Positions 60,081 to 64,000 of a stretch of 64,000 nt of DNA are shown piece by piece. The stretch is from Aplysia californica. Lineage: Eukaryota. Below the pieces are notes generated by a model. The model made no database searches. It worked only from the letters and a program-made list of their open reading frames with translations, and was not told the DNA's origin. Both the position numbers and the translations under genes were made by a program. Numbering within the stretch: position 1 is the stretch's first letter; each line of letters begins with the position of its first letter. The DNA is taken from the NCBI RefSeq assembly GCF_000002075.1, contig NW_004798018.1, positions 219,154 to 283,153 of the forward strand, in the 5' to 3' direction.

Positions 60081-62349
60081 TACTGGCCTAGAGAACATGT
60101 TTCAAGACCTCTGCACAACAGCTTCTCCACTAAAGTGAACAAGAGAATCAGATTTAGAGCATCTTCTGCATTGGTCAATGTATGGGTAAAACGCCCCCTT
60201 CAACACTATGGTTATTTAAGAGGTGGGACCTTGATATTTATCGTTCATATATGCGATAGTGATAGCACTGAGCCAAAATGGTGGAGAGCCATAAAATCTC
60301 CCAAATGCAACCAAGGAGTTAAGAACGGCCAGTTGGGAATGCAAACCAGAGCCATCCGCTCTGAAGTCCAAGATACATTTATAAGAACAAAGGTGATCAG
60401 AGTGACTGCAACAAACTACTGCGAAATCTCCCTACTCAATTACTGAAACAGCCTTTGTCCTAGCAGTGCTAAACAGATAGCAGGCACTCTCTGAAAGCAT
60501 AGACCCAGAAGTACAGTGCAATATCAAAGCTGGTAGATAAACTGCTGACAAGCTATTTTCAAGTCTGTTGCAAGAAAAGTGGTGAGAGCAAAGACACCAA
60601 CCGTGCATCATCATCAGAGACACAAAAACCTCAGGCTTAGAAGGATGGGCCTGTCTACATCTCTCCAGTGGATTGGCAGCTGTGTCCCTTCAGTCTTTTC
60701 ATAAAAACATACAGCATACTAACCAATGCGACAGCTCATCCGTGGACTCTTACAAATAAACAGTGCACACACACACACAAAAAGCTATACTATGTACTCC
60801 CCCGATACAGTTATTTCTTATAATGAGATGACTAACTTTTTGGGTTATTTTAAATGATCCTACGACTTCCCTTTTCTGTTATAATGTAACCACATATTTT
60901 AGTTCTCTGTCAAGGAAAACGACGTTCATTCATCGGTATAAAATTTTTATAAATGTTCCTAAAATGGATTTTAGAAAATGATACTATGATGCACACAGCT
61001 TCTGGGGTAGAGGTTGGTGTTTCCATAACAATGAGGCTAAAAGCTTTGGATTTTAGTAATAATATGACCAATAATTTGTTGATATTTAAAAGCTAGTTTT
61101 CATTCCATAAAACATTATTGTTTTTTTATCTTTTCTCTCAGTCACTAAATTCTGTGATTCCTTAAGCATTCATTTATACTCGAAAAAAAATAATTTTTGT
61201 GTACCAAATTACTATACTGCGTCTCAAGTCAACAGTCCAAGTTCAAAATGAACTGGCCATTCTTTCTACAGCAACTAAATTATCGCTAAGGTACTGTATG
61301 GCAGAGTTTTCCTAACTTTATCCCCCCCCCCCTTTAGAGACACAATCTGAGCCCGAATTATACTATAATCTATATCATCTGTGCTTTGTAAAAGATAAAA
61401 GTTTATAGTATGCACATTGTTAAACCATTAAACAACAACAATACAAACAACTTCCTGACCCGCACACATTCTCACATACAATATTTACTGACAGAGGATA
61501 GTGTTGAAAAAAAAATGTGTCTTTAGACTTTTCTTAAATATTCTCTTTGATATGATAGACATTTCTTTCAGGAAGAAATTCAAAGTTCTTGGGGCATGGG
61601 AAGAAAGACGTTACTGTGGGCACTCTCATGAGATTCTCATCCGCATTATCGTCCTATAAGAGCCAGATCCTCGTATCATGATAGTGGCGCGAACATTTTT
61701 TTTCATCAATATCATGGGCTTCATTTCTGATTAAGTTTCGTGGAGTTCCCCGCCTTAAAATCGCTATAAAAAGCAAATTAATGTTTCACTTAAATGTATC
61801 ATAGCTGTTTGCTTCCAAATTAGCTCATCTTAAGATGTGCGGAATGGATTACTGTTACAACTTGAATGACACAACAAGAATTACTACGGAATCGACAGTA
61901 AAGCCAAGAGTTCCTAAATCGTGAGTCATATAATACGCTTTTAGGGCTTGATCGTTTCCAGTGTGTTGATCATTCATACATACCTACATTAATCAGTTGT
62001 TGTTTTTTTGCTCCACCTGAAAAGATGTTAACTTTATTAATAAAGGAATCTTGTTTCCGTTTTGGATTTTGCTAAAGATCAATCGAGCAGCTCCATCTTG
62101 GAACCGCTGCAGTCTGTTAATCATTTCCAAACTTAAATTGGCAAGAAGAGACTTACAGTAGTCATGCCTTAATGAAAGAAATACTGAGATGAGAATCTGA
62201 AGAGAACTTAAATTCAGAGTATGAGAAATTTGACCTTGTGAAAAAATGCAGTTTTACCAAAACTTCAAGAAAAGATCACAAATTATATCAAGCATTCATC
62301 ATCTATTTCATACAGTCAAACGAATGTTCTTGTTTTTCCTATAATAAGA

Positions 62350-63060
62350 GGTATCTGATCCTCCAAGCAGTCTTGGATGAGGCCAACCTCATGATGGGTC
62401 CGACGTCAAGACGAGCCTGCAGCTTTGTTTTAATGACAACCAAGACAGGGAACCATGTTTGCAGAGGCAGTTTGTGTCATCTGGACCACCGTTTTCACCA
62501 CAAAGTAAAGCAAGGATTATTGATGGTAGAGAACCGCATCTTTAGTGGTGTAGAAGCCTTCACCTCAATCGGGTCATCTTAGAGCATGTTGCAGTTGCCG
62601 ATGTCTTCAATTAGAATCATGAAACTTCTCAATGCTGTTGCTCCAAAGCCACACTACTTGATGTAAGTGGTGAAGCAAGTTGATCTGCTCCGCTACAATG
62701 ATTGTTAGGCTTCTCGTTTAAAGTGACATGCTGAGAGCATTACGGCAGGTGCCTGAAAATGTCACTGATGTACGCAAGCCAGGCAATGAAGACAAGAGTA
62801 GCTGAAGTAGTCTGCCAAGCAATTGTCTTTTTCACTCAGGAAATTGTTATCCCCTAATGCAGCTGGTAGACACGATGAGGCATATAGAAATGGCTGTACG
62901 CAGCATCATTCTTCACGGACGGCCTGCTGGAAGAGGTGGTGGTTGAGTGCCTGAGCAGAGATAAAGTTTCTAGCAGAGACAATGATAGCTATTGTATCTT
63001 CAAGCTCCCTGACGAGCATTTTGGTAGCAGGGCTTTACAAGCCTACCATGATTCATATGA
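62350..63060 (-). pseudogene. Decayed hAT transposase, Buster/Charlie (ZBED5/FAM200-like) group
   Basis: Motifs in order: ATKMLVRELEDTIAIIVSARNFISAQALNHHLF, RVYQL, LADYF, WLAYISDIFRHL, LC..G(F).VLVVIKTKLQARLDVGPIMRLASS.T..RI; stops, frameshifts and deletions present. Confidence 0.85.
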
Positions 63061-63149
63061 ACCTTTTTCTCTTTTGTCATCTGGAGCGCATCCGGAATCT
63101 GTGGGGAAAAAATATGGTGATGTAAATTCTATGACATGTGGTTCATTAA

Positions 63150-63593
63150 TATGAGTCACAAAGAGGTGAAATCAGGTGCTTGTCAATTTTTGACATATAT
63201 GGACTTATTGGTATCATCTTAAAACTTGTTCATTGTTCTTGGTTTTGGCGGAAGAATTGCCCATCGACCTTGAATTGAAGTAAAAATATTCACGATTGAA
63301 GGAAATGGGGGTCACCTAGCATCAGAGGTAAAATTAGCAAGAAAATGACTGTCAAAGTTGGGTGACCTCCAAATGTATAGTGTTCTTGGAAACTGCAAAT
63401 TTACATTGTTGTGTCTCCGATCAACGTTTTTCAGTAAAGTACGCAGAGGAATATGTTTTTAAATAGACATAGAATGTGATGACTAAAAAACTATACATTT
63501 AGAAAAAAAATTGTCCAATGGCCATAAAATTGCTGATTTCTTTGATTTCGTTATTTGGACAAGAGCCTGATTTCACCACAATGCCTCAATATA
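63150..63593 (+). mobile_element. TIR MITE family F
   Basis: gtgaaatcagg ... cctgatttcac TIR. Confidence 0.78.
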
Positions 63594-64000
63594 AAATTTG
63601 AAAAGTTTATGTTAATACTATAGTAAAAAAAAAACATGTGTTTTAAATACAAAGGACATACATGTATTTCACAAAAATTTGGGATATGAAAATCTATTTG
63701 CTCTCTATGCATGTTCTCTATGTGCGTGCTAGACTGAAAATTTGTCTTTTACTTGTTATACTGTTGCGCAAAATTATCAGACACCCTTGTACCTAGAGGG
63801 CTTTACAACAAATAAGCCAGCTGAGAAAGATAAAACAACATGAAATGAAATATAAAATAAACATTGGTCATTACACAGATTATAAAAAGGGCTTTTTCCA
63901 AACGTCAAATGGTGGGGTGTTTGCATGAGGACTTTTAAAATCAACCTGTTTTCTTGCAAACAGTATGTATCTTCTGTTCAGTCAAGGAATGAATTCTCAG

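Overview
AT-rich, intron-rich animal genomic DNA from a draft assembly with 5 N-gaps. The repeat content suggests a gastropod mollusc (inference). Two protein-coding genes lie head-to-head with only 289 bp between their start codons. (1) Minus strand: a myotubularin-related pseudophosphatase of the MTMR10/11/12 subfamily. I reconstructed it by hand as 15 GT-AG exons from ATG 40987 to stop 7369, with all intron phases compatible (2280 nt, 759 aa). The catalytic HCSDGWDRT motif is replaced by KEESGCDFT. (2) Plus strand: neugrin (NGRN), 2 exons (41277-41665 and 50270-51080, 399 aa). The rest is intronic or intergenic DNA packed with mobile elements: three retroposon families sharing one 3' stem-loop tail (about 20 copies, many with TSDs), three other tRNA-headed SINE families, RTE LINE fragments, decayed Tc1 and hAT (Buster/Charlie) transposases, a non-autonomous Helitron with a duplicated 3' end, and several MITE families. 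No rRNA, true tRNA or CRISPR array was found. I found no clear novel multi-gene system. The most unusual signals are a headless monomer/dimer retroposon with a fixed 5' start module, a MITE family with consistent 6-bp TSDs, a three-layer nested TIR element with palindromic subterminal repeats, and possible alternative N-termini of the MTMR10-like gene. Family assignments come from remembered motifs, not database searches.
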